Assembly: GCA_013265495.1 (NCBI GenBank)
Contig: MU058584.1
Coordinates: 7,096,407-7,160,406, forward strand
Length of the DNA: 64,000 bases
Reading direction: 5' to 3'
Source: Vicugna vicugna
Lineage: Eukaryota
The stretch's first letter is position 1. Every line of letters starts with the position of its first letter. The position numbers were made by a program, and so were the translations under genes. Positions 10,940 through 22,575 of this stretch are shown here, one piece after another. The notes beneath the pieces were generated by a model. The model did no database searches, had not been told where the DNA came from, and saw nothing but the letters and a program-made list of their open reading frames with translations.

Positions 10940-11090
10940 TCCTCACTGCTGCCCTACAAGAATGAGAGTACTACTCTAACAGGTAGGAAAACCGAGGCTC
11001 CTAGAAGCTAAATTACTTGCCCAAGGTCACCCAGCTCAAAAGGGAGAATCATGAAATCAATCAACACCTTTCATTTCAAAGCCAAAGCAC
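10940..11090 (-). mobile_element. MIR SINE relic
   Basis: Core-like aggaaaaccgaggctc...aattacttgcccaaggtcacccagct. Confidence 0.6.
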
Positions 11091-11176
11091 CTGCCACCTC
11101 AGCAGAAGTGAGCGATCGGGAAGGAGTGGGATTGGTGATTATGATGGTGCTGGGAGGAAGGATGGGACATGAAAGA

Positions 11177-11320
11177 GTTTTTATTTTTATTTATTTGGTT
11201 TTTTTGGTGGGGGGAGGAAATGAGGTTTATTTGCTTATTTTTAACAGAGGGTACTAGGGATTGAACCCAGGACCTCGTGCATGCTAAGCACGCCCTCTAC
11301 CACTGAGATACGCCCTCCCC
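11177..11320 (-). mobile_element. tRNA-derived SINE (vic-1 type)
   Basis: ggggattgaacccaggacctcgtgcatgctaagcacgccctctaccactgag plus an A-rich tail on the - strand. Confidence 0.88.
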
Positions 11321-12760
11321 TCTTGAATGAGCTTTTAAGATGTGGTAAGTAGATAACAGGTCAAGATGCCATGCTTTCCAGCCTCTACGTTGGTGCTTCC
11401 TCATTGCCCCTGGGGCCGAGGTCCCTTCCCCTGCATTCTAGACCCATCTCCTCCCTGCAAGGTCTTTGGGGATTTCTCATCCAGCTCACTTCTGCAGGGA
11501 AAATCTGTGGCAGCTGCTACCTTCACAGAGCTCAAATCAATCCATTAACTCGAGCTCCTGAGAGAGATTGAGTGCAGGAGGATAAAAAGGGGGAGGCAGG
11601 TGGTGGCGGTGATGGTGATGGTGGTTTTGGCCTTTTCGTGCTCGGAGCTGGCGTTGTAACTGATGTGTGGGTATAGAGTCGTCATAAGGGCATTTCTTTG
11701 GAGGCCATGAGCTGAGGTGTGGAAGGGGTCACCACCTGAACTGATCTGGGATCTAAAGGTGAGTTGGGCTTCTTCCTATGAGCAAACCTTTCCAGCCAGA
11801 AGATCAGCTGGGTGAGCTCAGGCCATTGTAGTTCACATTCTGAGAACGGCCGTGTCACTTCTCGGGTGTGGTCAAGTGTCCAGGGACAGAGATGCAGCTC
11901 TTACTCCTTTGCCAAAGGCTCGGCACCGAGGCAGCGCTGGAGGGTGACCGGGCTCTGTGGTGGCACCTTTGAAGCCGGACAGACCTAGGTTCGGATGCTA
12001 GCTCTGTGCCCGCTGGGGAAGCTGCCTAATTTCTCTGCTGCACAGTTTCCCTGTTGGTTCCGTGGGAATCATGATAACTTCCCCTGCAGTGTCACTGGGC
12101 TTACCAGATACAGGGAAAGGACCTCCCACGGCGTCTGCTCCCACTGTTGCTGTTTCTCTCATCAGCATCAAGCCTGCAGTGTCTCTGCCAGGTGCCTATC
12201 CGAGCGAGGACCTCGTCAACCCCACTTTTGCCCCTGTCCCTTTCCTGTTCTTTAAAAGGCAAGAGCCCAGGAAGAGAGCTCTGCGTGTGTGGGTGACAGC
12301 AAACAGCCCCGTGCTGGAAGGGCTCCGAAGGGGCGGCACTCCTTAGCAGCACGGGACGTGGCCCAGCTGTGCACCCTGGGGAGAGACAGCTCACCTCTCT
12401 GGACCTCCGTTTCCTCAGCGGTTCCTGGGGGGAGCCGTAGCTGCCCTTGGTTTCTGTATCACAAGCCTGGGGTAACACTACCTGTTTTATCTAATGGGCG
12501 GGGAGGACCGTGCTCCTCCCCCACAGCAGGGATTTGAATGAGAAAACACCTGCCGCATGACGACGGGGTGGGGCTGGGGGAGCGCGGGGATGGTGTGGGG
12601 GGGCTGTAGGGGGGACGCACTGAGAACACGGCGGTGAATGTCCTCTGCAAACCGTACCGCGCTGGACCCGGGCCGAGCGGTTCCGAGCCCTGAAGCCTGT
12701 TTGCTGGTGTGTGTGCTTAGATTCACAGGTGCAGTGACTTTAAATCTTGAGTGCAAGGCC

Positions 12761-12855
12761 ATGGCTGAGAAAGGCCTCATAAGCACCAGCATGAACTTCC
12801 GCTACGGAGACCTGGCCTCCGAGGTGACCAGGCGCAGAGTCACCATGCCCACCAG
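12761..12855 (+). CDS. MYOCOS: MYOCOS (myocilin opposite strand) first coding exon
   Basis: gccATGG Kozak context; MAEKGLISTSMNFRYGDLASEVTRRRVTMPT(R) with the recognisable DL.SEVTRRRVTM motif; donor AG|gtactc; syntenic position. Confidence 0.82.
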
Positions 12856-13436
12856 GTACTCCCGCGCTCTCTGGAGGGGCGGGAATGGTGCATAAATGCT
12901 GATCCTCGTGAAGCACCTGAAACTGCCCCAGACGTGGCGTTTTATGTCAATATTTTTGTCTGTTTCCACGAGGCAGATCTGTGGATAAGAAAACACTTCA
13001 TCACTTACTGTGGGAAACAGACCTTTGTCACGTGGTCCTTCAGGAAGTAATGATCAGGATGCTGGGATGAACTTCAGATCCGTGGCTCTTAATTGGGGCT
13101 TGGGGATCACTTTGATAATCAGGTGGAAGTTATGGTGTGACCCCACCCCGGATATAAAATGCATGACTTTGCAAAGTCTGGGGACAGCATGGACTCCCTG
13201 AAGCTTGTCCTCGTTCCCAGTGAGGCTGTAAGCTCCCTGCCGGCAAGGCCTGTTTCTCTCCTTCACCACCACATGCCTGGTGCCCAGGACTGTGCTAGTG
13301 CGCCCTTAGAAGGAGGAGGCCTTAATAGATCGTCTGGCCCAGAGGGGAGGGTTTGCCTGCCTTGGAGTGGCTAGCTGCCTGTGCTGCACATTGGCGTTCT
13401 CAAATGGATCCACTGCCTGACACCTTCCCCTGATGG

Positions 13437-13608
13437 TAGGGTCAGTGGGTAAAACACAGGATGTCTAGTTAAATTTGACTATTAGATGTGTTCTGGGCTT
13501 TAGTATGTCTGTGCAATACTTATGATATAGTGAAAAAAAATAGTTGTTTATCTGAAGCTTAAGTGTAACTGGGCACCCTGTATTTTCATTTTCTAAATTT
13601 GGGAAGCC
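13437..13608. mobile_element. MER53-like palindromic DNA transposon (MITE)
   Basis: Inverted arms aaaacacaggatgtctagttaaattt / aagtgtaactgggcaccctgtatttt. Confidence 0.6.
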
Positions 13609-15180
13609 GGCAATGGCCACTGTGGGCTGTCCGGTCCTCTCCCTGGTCTGAGGTCCCCAGATCCAGCCGGGTGCCCAAGGCATCCCATATATAAAGGTGT
13701 GAAGAAAACATCAGGACTCCGATTCATATTAAAACTGAGCTTTATTGAAATTGATGTCTGCTCCTTCCCTGTGTGTCAGGAGGCTGCATGTAGATTCTGA
13801 GGCTTTCCTGGTGGAAGGACGGGAGCTACAAAGCTGGCGGAAGTCAGCGAGGGCTGCTTCACTCACATGCTGCAGCTTGTCGGTGTGGCTAAGTGGACTT
13901 CATAAGTTACTGTCTAGTCTTATGAAACGAAGCTGACCCTCAGTAGACACCGGTGACCTGACGGATTTCTGCCAAGAAACCTGGGTTGAAATAATTCTAA
14001 CAGTGAAAATATTCGTAAAGAACAACAGTGGGCAGAGCTGATGCTTTTGGTTTGAGTTCTGTGGGTATAAAATGAGCTTAAAAATAATGATTTTATTAAA
14101 CCTGATAAGGTGGCCAAAAAATAAAAATTGATTTGAAAGAGGGACCTCCATCCAGTATTGTTCACAATGATTCTTGAGACCTTAGAGTTTATTGGGATGT
14201 AAGATACAAGTGAACTGATTTTAAAAAAAATGATGTACAATTTCCTAGTTAACATAGGTGTGGAGGGGTTAAACCTTCACTCAGGGCTACATGGCAAATC
14301 TGATACCACCGTTACATTGTGAAAATGGTCCCTATATGCTCTAACATCCACTCAAGAAGGAAGAGATTCCACAATTGTGGGGCCTCTCCTAGCCTCCCTC
14401 TCTGTTACCCCATCCTTATTACCCTCCCGCCACCCCTTTAGCAAAATTAGGGATCTGCTGTGACTGGGAGATGTGGCAGTGAACTTGTGATCAGGAGATC
14501 TGAGTTTTGATTCCAGTTCTGTACTTTATTGGCCACAAGTCCTGGGTAAATCACCTTCTTTCTCCATTTCCTCAGCTGCAAAACTTACTGTGACCTGTGG
14601 TTGAGAATCTGAATGTAATTAGTTTCTAGTTAATTTGAGTCCCTGAAACATCGTAGGTGTTCAGGGAACAGTTAAATCTGAATCTGTAATCACTTGACAG
14701 GCTAGTCCTTTCCATTGAAGGCAGGGCTTGCCCAGCGCTGAATAGGATGGAGATGCCTGATGCATTCCAGCAGGAGGGGAGGAGATTAGGCTGGGCGGGG
14801 TGGGGACTAGGCAGAAGGGAGAGGTGAAGTGAGCCTAGGCTGAACCGGCCAGAGAATAGCTGAGCTGCAAATAGAACTTTGAGAGCGAGCCTGCCCTGGG
14901 CTGAAAGCACAGAGAGCTGGCTGGCAGGGGTGGACCCCAGCCACATCGGGACCAGTGGGGACGGTTAAGTTCTCTCTGAGAAGAGCTGACACATGATTAA
15001 AGTGTAAATAGAATGTACCTAAACATTTTTGCCAGCTGAGAGCTCTGTAGACGTGCGTAGATGAATCAGGATGTCCTCCAATGTGTTCTCTGTACGTGCT
15101 GGGATCTGAGGGTTCTTTTTTCTTCTTTTAAAAAAAGTCCCATCTTTATTTAAATGATGTCCGTGTGTCTTTCCTCCCAG

Positions 15181-15331
15181 AGAAGAGATATTAACCCCAA
15201 CAAGTGATGAGGCCGGGGAGATACTCTCAGATGTGGATCCGGAACCCGTCCCCCCTCCTCCTAGTGCAGCCAGCCCCGAAGTACCCCCAGCCCCTCCTCC
15301 CTCTCCGGCTGAGGACCCCAGCGTCTCCTAA
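15181..15331 (+). CDS. MYOCOS: MYOCOS second coding exon
   Basis: Acceptor ctttcctcccag|, phase compatible with exon 1; EEILTPTSDEAGEILSDVDPEPVPPPPSAASPEVPPAPPPSPAEDPSVS*, TAA at 15329-15331; total ORF 81 aa. Confidence 0.82.
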
Positions 15332-16080
15332 GCACCTGAAACATCTGTCATCTTGAAGTGGACTTTGACAGGAAACTCCAGAAAAGTTTCCATCAAGTCC
15401 TCGGATTGTCTTTGAAGACTGTCTTGGAAAAATCTGTTTTTCCTTTCCTATTTTTCGCCTCCTACTGTCACTGTGGAGCCTGGTTAATCCTTACTAATGC
15501 ACTTAGAGGAATCTTTGGTTTCTCAAGCCAAGTTTCTGGTCGATGTCTGTATTTTGGTCTGTAATTTATGCCACGCTGAGGAACAGTTACGGTAGTCAGA
15601 CGTATTTGAATTAAAAAAAAAAATTATCAGGCCTCAATGCTTGTTACTAAATCCAGATGAGTGGAAAATCCAGGCCTCTGACTTTAAGAGATCTGAGCTC
15701 CAGAGAACCCTGCGGTGTTGGGGTTTTCAAAACTCCGCCTGCAACACGACAGTTTATGGCCTTTTGGGGTGGGGTGACTGGGCTGTCTCCCACCTCTTGT
15801 CCTGGTGACTGACTGCATCTACATTTATGAACTACATTTTCAAAGTTTGCTTCTTGGAGATTTAAGTGAATTTCAAACTCTGTAACAGAAGAAACAACCT
15901 GAAAAGCAGCCAAGAGCAGAGTGACCTAGTTAGGGAGGAGAAGTATGCTGCTCCCATCCCCAGGTCAGGATTCCCCAAAGCTCCTTCAAGGACCGCCCCC
16001 ACCCCGGGCTCTTCCAAAGAGTTTGAAAGCATCAAAAATGTGAGCATTCAAATCCGCATCTGGGAAATGTCCTTAGGTGC

Positions 16081-16617
16081 TGTCAGGGAGGGGAAAATTT
16101 CCCACTCTACCCCTCTTGAATTCTCGTGGCTTGGACGAACAATAAAACTGACACAAGACAGATTAACAGGAGAAAAAGAAACAGCTTTTAATTCATGCAC
16201 ACAGAGGTCTCATGGAAATAGGACGTAAGAAGTAGCCAAAGCAGGCAACTTTTCTGCTTTTTAGACAAACAATACATTTGTGAGGAATTGACAAGACAAA
16301 GAAACCTAGGTTTTGGGTGCTCAGTTAATAAACAATCTAAACAGAGTTTGGGCTTAGGGTAGTAAAAGAAAAAAGTAACAAGGTTTGTTTATACAGGTTT
16401 CTCGGCCTGGATGCCTTGTCTCCGGCCATGAAGGGAGTCCTTCTGCCTCCAGGTGCAGGGAGGTCGTCTTTCCCGTGAGAGATTGGCTTCCTGCTCTCAG
16501 AGAGACAGAAAGGAGGGTCAGAGTGTGCCTCTTGCATGGGTTGTTTTTTAAGTAACTTTAATTCAAGATAATCCATTTGTCATTCAGGCACGTTTCGGGG
16601 TGGCCTGCCTTGCAACA
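16081..16617. mobile_element. ERV solo LTR
   Basis: TG...CA ends, ~540 nt, with LTR-type blocks (gacagattaacaggagaaaa; tttcggggtggc). Confidence 0.6.
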
Positions 16618-16876
16618 GGGCCATCTTTTACTGCGTTCACTTCTTCATAGAGTCCTCATGGTGCGGGCCTTCTCTCTCCAAGCCTGCCTTTCTAAGAGCG
16701 CTCAGGTCCGCCTGCCCGCAGAGTCAGCGGGCTGTTCTGTGGATGCGGAAGTCAGGCTCCTTACTTGTCGGCGACAGCAGCAGGGGGCAGGGGGAGCTTG
16801 CCTGGCGCGCCTGTCACTGCCAGCGGGGGGCTCAACCCACACACAATCTCATCCTCAGACAGATAAGGAAAAAACC

Positions 16877-17060
16877 TGCACTGTCCAATAGGGTAGCCAC
16901 CTGTGGCTAAACTTAAATTCATCAAACTTAAACGAAATATAAAATTCTGTTCCTCGCACTAGCCACGTTTGTGGTGCTCAGTAGCTACCTGAGACTGGTG
17001 GCTCCCATGTTGGATGTCGCAGATACAGAACACGACTGTCAGAAGGTTCTATTAGTGCTG
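16877..17060. mobile_element. MER3-like hAT DNA transposon relic
   Basis: ctgcactgtccaatagggtagccac...gcactagccacgttt...ggtggctcccatgttggat. Confidence 0.65.
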
Positions 17061-17199
17061 GAACGGAGGGTGAGTGACTTCTCTAAGGTCACACAGACAG
17101 TTAAGAATAGAATCTAGGATGGGAAATGGCAGGAAGGACGATGCCTTGTGGTAGTTTTATTTCCAGATGTTTCTTAGCAAGTTCCGGGGTGTTTTTTTC

Positions 17200-18350
17200 T
17201 GTGCATTCATTTGTTCAAAACAAATGTTCAGTTCCAACTGTGCGAGCTGGGCATTGTTCTAGGGACATGTTACTGAGCAAAGTAATCAACCCCTTCCCCG
17301 CATGGAGTTTGCAGTCTAGTTTGGGGAAGACTGACAAAAAGTACATACAATTTAAAAACAGTGAATTCTAGCATGGGTCAGGAGATGATAAATGTAAGGG
17401 AAAAGAAGTGTTACAGGGTAAGGAAGATTACAGGAGGCGGAGGAAGCAGCAGGTCAGCTGCAACTGTAAATAGGGTGGTCTGGGTAGGCGACATTAGAAA
17501 GGTGATGATGTTTGAGTAGACTTTGAATATAGCAAAGGAGTTGAGTGTGGGGGGCATCAGGGGCAGAGGGAAGAGTGAGTGCAAAGGCCTTGAGAAAACA
17601 GTGTGGTTGGTATATCCAAAGGAGGGTAAGGAGACCAGTGGGGCATGGCTGAGGTAGAGTGAGTCAGGGGCCATTAGAAGGTGAAGTCCCAACAGGTGGG
17701 GGAAGGCGAGAGGTCACGTGGGGCTTTGTAAAGAAGGTGAATGATCTGGGAAGGCGTGGAGTGTTTTCAGAAAAGGAGAAGTGCGCTCTGGCTGCTGGGT
17801 GAGAAGAGGCTGTGTGAGGGGAGGGAACCGCATCCTCTTCAGAGGCCACTGCAGTCATCTAGGAAAAAGACGATGATCATTTGGGCAGGTAGCAGCTGGG
17901 ATGGTGAGAAATGTGGTCAGATTCTGAATATAGGTATTTGAAGGTGGAACCAACAAAAGTTTCCAGTGGATTGGATGAGGAGTTATGAAAGAAAGGAGTA
18001 AAGGGTGACCTCAAGATTTTTGGCCTGAGCAGCGGGAGGGCTGGACTTCCCATCAGCCTCAAGATGAGTTGATTTGGTGTGTCCAGTGAGGGAGGGATAG
18101 GAAAACTCAAAAATTCCATTTCTGTTGGCTTATATGCCCTCATAGACATTTACATTAAGGTGTCAAGTGGGCAAAGGAATATATGAGTCTGGAGTCCAGG
18201 GGTAGTCTGGGCTGGAGATGTAAATTTGGGGAGGTCATCAGCTTGGAGATGGAGTTTAAAGCCATGAGGCTAGATGAGATCACCAGAAGAATGAGTGGAC
18301 AAACCCTAAAGGTAGCCCTGGGCTGCAGCCCCCGATTGTGTGAACAAAGG
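17200..18350 (-). mobile_element. L2 LINE fragment
   Basis: cattcatttgttcaa 3' end, and gtctggagtccagggg...gggctggagatgtaaatttgggg...tttaaagccatgaggctagatgagatcacc. Confidence 0.75.
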
Positions 18351-18809
18351 AATGAGCCTTGGGCTGGAATGGGAAACAAGTTATAAAAGGCTGCAGACTC
18401 AGAGGTGAGAAGGCTGGTAGCCAAGTGACGGGTCAGACTCCCCAGAGGGGGGCAACCTAAGACAGGCGCAGCCGCCTGAGTCAGAAAGAATGTTGTCAAG
18501 CAGCTATTTTCCATTATGTTCTGCCCTGATAAGATGGAAGGCTCACTGGCTCCATGACGAGCGTAATCTATCAAAAATATCAAAGGATCTTAAGATCCTG
18601 ACCTTAAAACAATCTGTGCGTCTAGGGAGTCATAAAATGTCATACCATAGTTAAACATTTTCCATATTGTTCTCCTTTGCTTTATAAGCCTGTGCAGTTT
18701 AATAAACTTTTAGAATAGCCATCAGCTCTCTCCGCATACGGTGTGTGTGTGTACATTGATATTGTGATGCCAACACTGGGGCACTTCAATCTTAAGAGAT
18801 TGAGGCTCC

Positions 18810-19292
18810 GTGATGGTTAATTTGATGTGTCAATTTGACTGGACCAAGGGGTGTGCAGATTAAACATTATTTCTGGGTGTGTCTGTGAAGGTGTTTCTGG
18901 ATGAGATAAGCTTTTGAACTGGTGGACTTGGTAAAGTAGACCACCCTCCCCAGGGTGGGCAGGCATCACACCATCCAGGTAGGGCCTGGAAAGAACAAAG
19001 AGGTGGAGGAGGAGGAATTCACCTCTTTTGCTCCCTGCTGGCCCGTCTGAGCTGGGACATCGCTCTTCTGGCCTGACTGGGATTTACATCATTGGCTCCC
19101 CTAGTTCTCAGGCCTTTGAACTCAGACTGAATTGCCCCACCAGCTTTCCTGGGTCTCTGGCCTGCAGGTGGTAGATCCTGGGACTTTTCCACAATCGCAT
19201 GAGCCAAAATAAACTTTTTAATAGCTGTATCTGTATGTCTATCTATATATCTCCTGTTGGTTCAATTTAACTGGAAAACTCTGACTGATACA
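18810..19292 (+). mobile_element. MLT2 (ERVL) LTR
   Basis: Starts gtgatggttaatttgatgtgtcaatttgactgg, ends ctctgactgataca, internal aataaa. Confidence 0.85.
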
Positions 19293-19643
19293 TGCTAAAA
19301 GGACGAACCAGCAAACAAGCAAACCACTCTGTGGTGCAGGAGGAGTCGAATGTCCTGGCAGCTAAATGAAGTTTCCTTCTTCCTTTACCCGCTCCTTCCG
19401 CCCAAAGCCAGAAGCAGTGGCTGATGGAGGGAAAGGAAACACGGGCAGGGCTGTGCAAGCAGGGTTTGTGTCACCTGTGTGTGTGTGCTGTGACCGCTCA
19501 AAGGTGTCACCTCACCTTCCACGTTTCACTCAACACCTGACAGCTAAAGGTGTTTAAAGGGTGAATGAATTCATGCCCTCTGAATTCTGGGGTTTCCAGT
19601 CTTCAAGCGTTTGCTACCAGTGGAATAGAGTTTTAATTCCCAG

Positions 19644-19785
19644 TTGCTATGGGCTGAGTTGTTCCCCCCTCCACCTAATTTCCATGTTAAAGTCCTAACC
19701 CCTGGTACCTCAGAATGTGACTGTCTTTGGAGATAGACCTTTAAAGAGGTAATTAAATTTAATAAAGAGGTAATTAAATACCTTA
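19644..19785 (+). mobile_element. MLT1 (MaLR) LTR fragment
   Basis: tgctatgggctgagttgtt...gtcctaacccctggtacctcagaatgtgactgtctttggagatag. Confidence 0.75.
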
Positions 19786-20149
19786 GGTTTGCTTACTTGA
19801 GGTTGTGGCTTATAAAATGCATACCCATGACAGCAAATAAGAACCAAAATAGAACTAGGGTGAAAGAGGGTAAGTTGGGGGAAGATGAAAAGATTGTTTG
19901 AGAAGGACCAGAAGCATAAGAGATGGGGGTGGGAAGGTGTGGAATCCACTGTTTGCCTGCTGTCATGGTGAGCAGCACCTCAAACCCAGGTGTGAGCCTC
20001 TCAGTTACACACACACAACACACATACACACACACAACCCAACACAACTTTAGCATCCTGCAATCACAGCTCCCAACCCAAAGGAATTATCTGGTGGTTG
20101 AAATCTGCACTCTTCTCTTCAGCAAAGCAACCCACAAAGTTCAAGGAGA

Positions 20150-20922
20150 CTGTTACGTAAGATTATTTTATTTTGCGGGGCAGAGGTTCTATACCACACA
20201 ACAGGATGACACTTGAAGCATTAGAAGCCAACTATAGTAAACACATCTTATGTGTGTTCAGCGCTGGTGCAAAAGCTGCTCCTCTTCCTTTAGGCTCACT
20301 GTTTGTTATTGTAGTTCATGGTAACCAGGCAACGTGCAAGAGCGAGGGATGGCCCTGGGGTCCACGTGGGGCAACATGTTTTTCCCAAACTCTTCTCCAC
20401 ACATACTCTCTTCAGCCAGTAAGGGCCATTTATTGTTTTTTGTTTTGTTGTTTTGGGGGGGTATTTTTTGGGGGGGAGGAGATAATTAGGTTATTTGTTT
20501 TTTTTAATGGGGGTACTGGGGACTGAACCCAGGACCTCATGCATGCTAAGCATGCACTCTACCACTGAACTATACCGTCCCTCCTGGTGAGGGCCATTTA
20601 TAAAAAGCCTTGTGGTTTTCGTGAAGAAACTACTACGCAATACAGCTTTTGCCTTAAGTCACCAGAAAAGTTAAACTATTTTGATTAAATATCCCTTTAA
20701 GAGCTGACAGAAGTAAAGACTATTACAGTGTGAGATTGTCTAAATCCCCAGATGGCTATTCCCGCCCAGTCAGCCATGGTGATGGTGCACATTCTTTTCT
20801 TTCGGATTAATCCAAGCTTGGAAAGCGGAGCGAAGCTGCATGGGCGCTGGCTGGCTGGCTCTCCCCCCAGGGGCCCTGAACACCATCCCCTTCTGCCTTT
20901 TCTGGCAGCACTTGGCAGCTCT
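20150..20922 (-). other. MYOC: MYOC 3'UTR
   Basis: Lies downstream of the TGA at 20923 on the - strand; distal AATAAA at 20167-20172 in a context resembling the human MYOC mRNA end (from memory). Confidence 0.7.
20434..20585 (-). mobile_element. tRNA-derived SINE (vic-1 type) inside the MYOC 3'UTR
   Basis: Head and A-rich tail flanked by target-site duplication agggccatttat (20422-20433 and 20590-20601). Confidence 0.9.
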
Positions 20923-21707
20923 TCACACCTTGGAAAGCCTGATGTCGTAGGTGACCATGTTGAAGTTGTCCCAGGCAAAGAGCTTCTTCTCCAGGGGGTT
21001 GTAGTCAATCATGCTGCTGTACTTGTAGCGGTTCTTGAAGGGGACGGTCAGGGCCTTGCTGCTCCCCGTGCGGGTGTCGTAGGCGAAGTTGACGGCAGCA
21101 TCGGGCGACGAATAGCTGCTGACGGTGTACAAGGTGCCACAGATGATGAAGGCGTTGGCGACTGACTGCTTCCGGATGTTAGTCTCCCAGGTTTGTTCAA
21201 GTTCCAGGTTCTCTGGGTTCAGTTTGGAGAGGACAATGGCGCCTTTGGCCGCCTCGGTGCTGTAGATGACCCAGAGGCCTGTCTCGTCCACGGCCAGGTC
21301 GATGTCTGTGTAGCCGCCCCAGGAATAGGGGAACTGTCCGTGGTAGCCAGCTCCAGGGATTTCCCTCTCAGCCTTCAGGGTCTCGGTGCCCAGCTCATAC
21401 CTGATAAGCGTCCTGGACTTGGCTTCCTGGAAATAGAGGCTCCCCTGGTACACCACGGCGCCCGTGCTTTCCAGCGGCCTGGGCAGCACGTGCACCTTGG
21501 AAGGGTAGCCCTGCGTGAACTGGCTGACGAAGTCGTACTCAAACACCTGGCGGATGTCCGTGCCCACCGTGTCGATTCTCCACGTGGTCTCCCGGGTATA
21601 GGGGTGGGCAGCCTGGGGGTCTCTCATCCACACGCCGTACTTGCCTGTGATTGTTTCAGCTCTTCTCAGCGTGACAGGCTCTCCTACCCACACAAGTTCT
21701 CCACATC
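20923..21707 (-). CDS. MYOC: MYOC exon 3, olfactomedin domain
   Basis: Acceptor cag|GA TGT GGA; (G)[10 protein letters not shown]...[19 protein letters not shown]...SMIDYNP...YDIRLSKV*. Confidence 0.98.
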
Positions 21708-21789
21708 CTGGTGAATTAAGACAAAACCCACTTATCTACCATCTTTCCACGATGTCAAAGCAGGGCAGAGCTGGCAGAAGTGAAAACCC

Positions 21790-21995
21790 CAGGGACAGAT
21801 CATCTGGGTTTAAGCCCAGGCCTTGCCACCCACTGGCTGTGTGGCTTCCAATAAGTTACTTTGCTCGCTCAGATTCACTTTTCTCATTCGCAAAGGGGGA
21901 CAATAGTAGTGTCTTGGGTAGTGGGCTGTTGTCAGTTTTAAATGTAATTATACATGTTAAGTGCTTGGTATGGATCAAATGCCCAGTAAATATTA
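21790..21995 (+). mobile_element. MIR SINE relic
   Basis: ctgggtttaagcccagg...ggctgtgtggcttccaataagttactt...tacatgttaagtgcttgg. Confidence 0.6.
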
Positions 21996-22452
21996 TAAGA
22001 TTAATACACGATCTGAATTGAACCACAGTTGGCCCTTAAACGACACAGGTTTGCACAGCACGGGGTGTAATTACATGGCATAGATACTGCTTCTGCTTGG
22101 TATCAGTTATAAAGATGAAGGAGGGCTTCACACTATATTTGAAATAATCGACTTAAGCTGGACGGGGTCTCATGGTGTTTGTTATATTACTTTTTATGAC
22201 TTTCAGGTCTGATTTATTTCATTATTTTAAAAAAATTAGACAAAAAATCAAGTCCTTGTAATTTCTATAAAACAAAGATTTTTAAAGCCCTTCCCCCAAT
22301 GGACTACATATTTCAGGCATCCTTTTGATACAATAAAACACGAATATAATTTTAAAGATGGGGAGATGATTGAAAACTTATACTTAGCCGAATCATAACA
22401 AGTCTCTGTACTTTAACAGGCACCTCAATTACCTCATAGAAGGGGAAACTTT

Positions 22453-22575
22453 GGGGGAGATAAAGCTCAGTGGTAGAGCATGTGTTTAGCATGCAGGAGG
22501 CCCTGGGTTCAATCCCTGGTACCTCTCGACATAAATAAAAAATAAGCCTAATTACCTTTCCCCCCACCCCCAAGA
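22453..22575 (+). mobile_element. tRNA-derived SINE (vic-1 type) in MYOC intron 2
   Basis: gggggagataaagctcagtggtagagcatgtgtttagcatgcaggaggccctgggttcaatccctggtacc plus an A-rich tail. Confidence 0.88.

Noticed and set aside
11250..11320. tRNA-Ala(AGC)-like sequences (here and at the other SINE heads)
   Set aside because: A-rich tails, TSDs, broken stems and many diverged copies show these are SINEs, not tRNA genes
19742..19779. Direct repeat taaagaggtaattaaat x2
   Set aside because: Local duplication inside an MLT1 fragment; only two units, not an array
21193..21714. 173-aa + strand ORF (also 20752-21165 and 30223-30684)
   Set aside because: Antisense shadows of GC-rich MYOC coding exons
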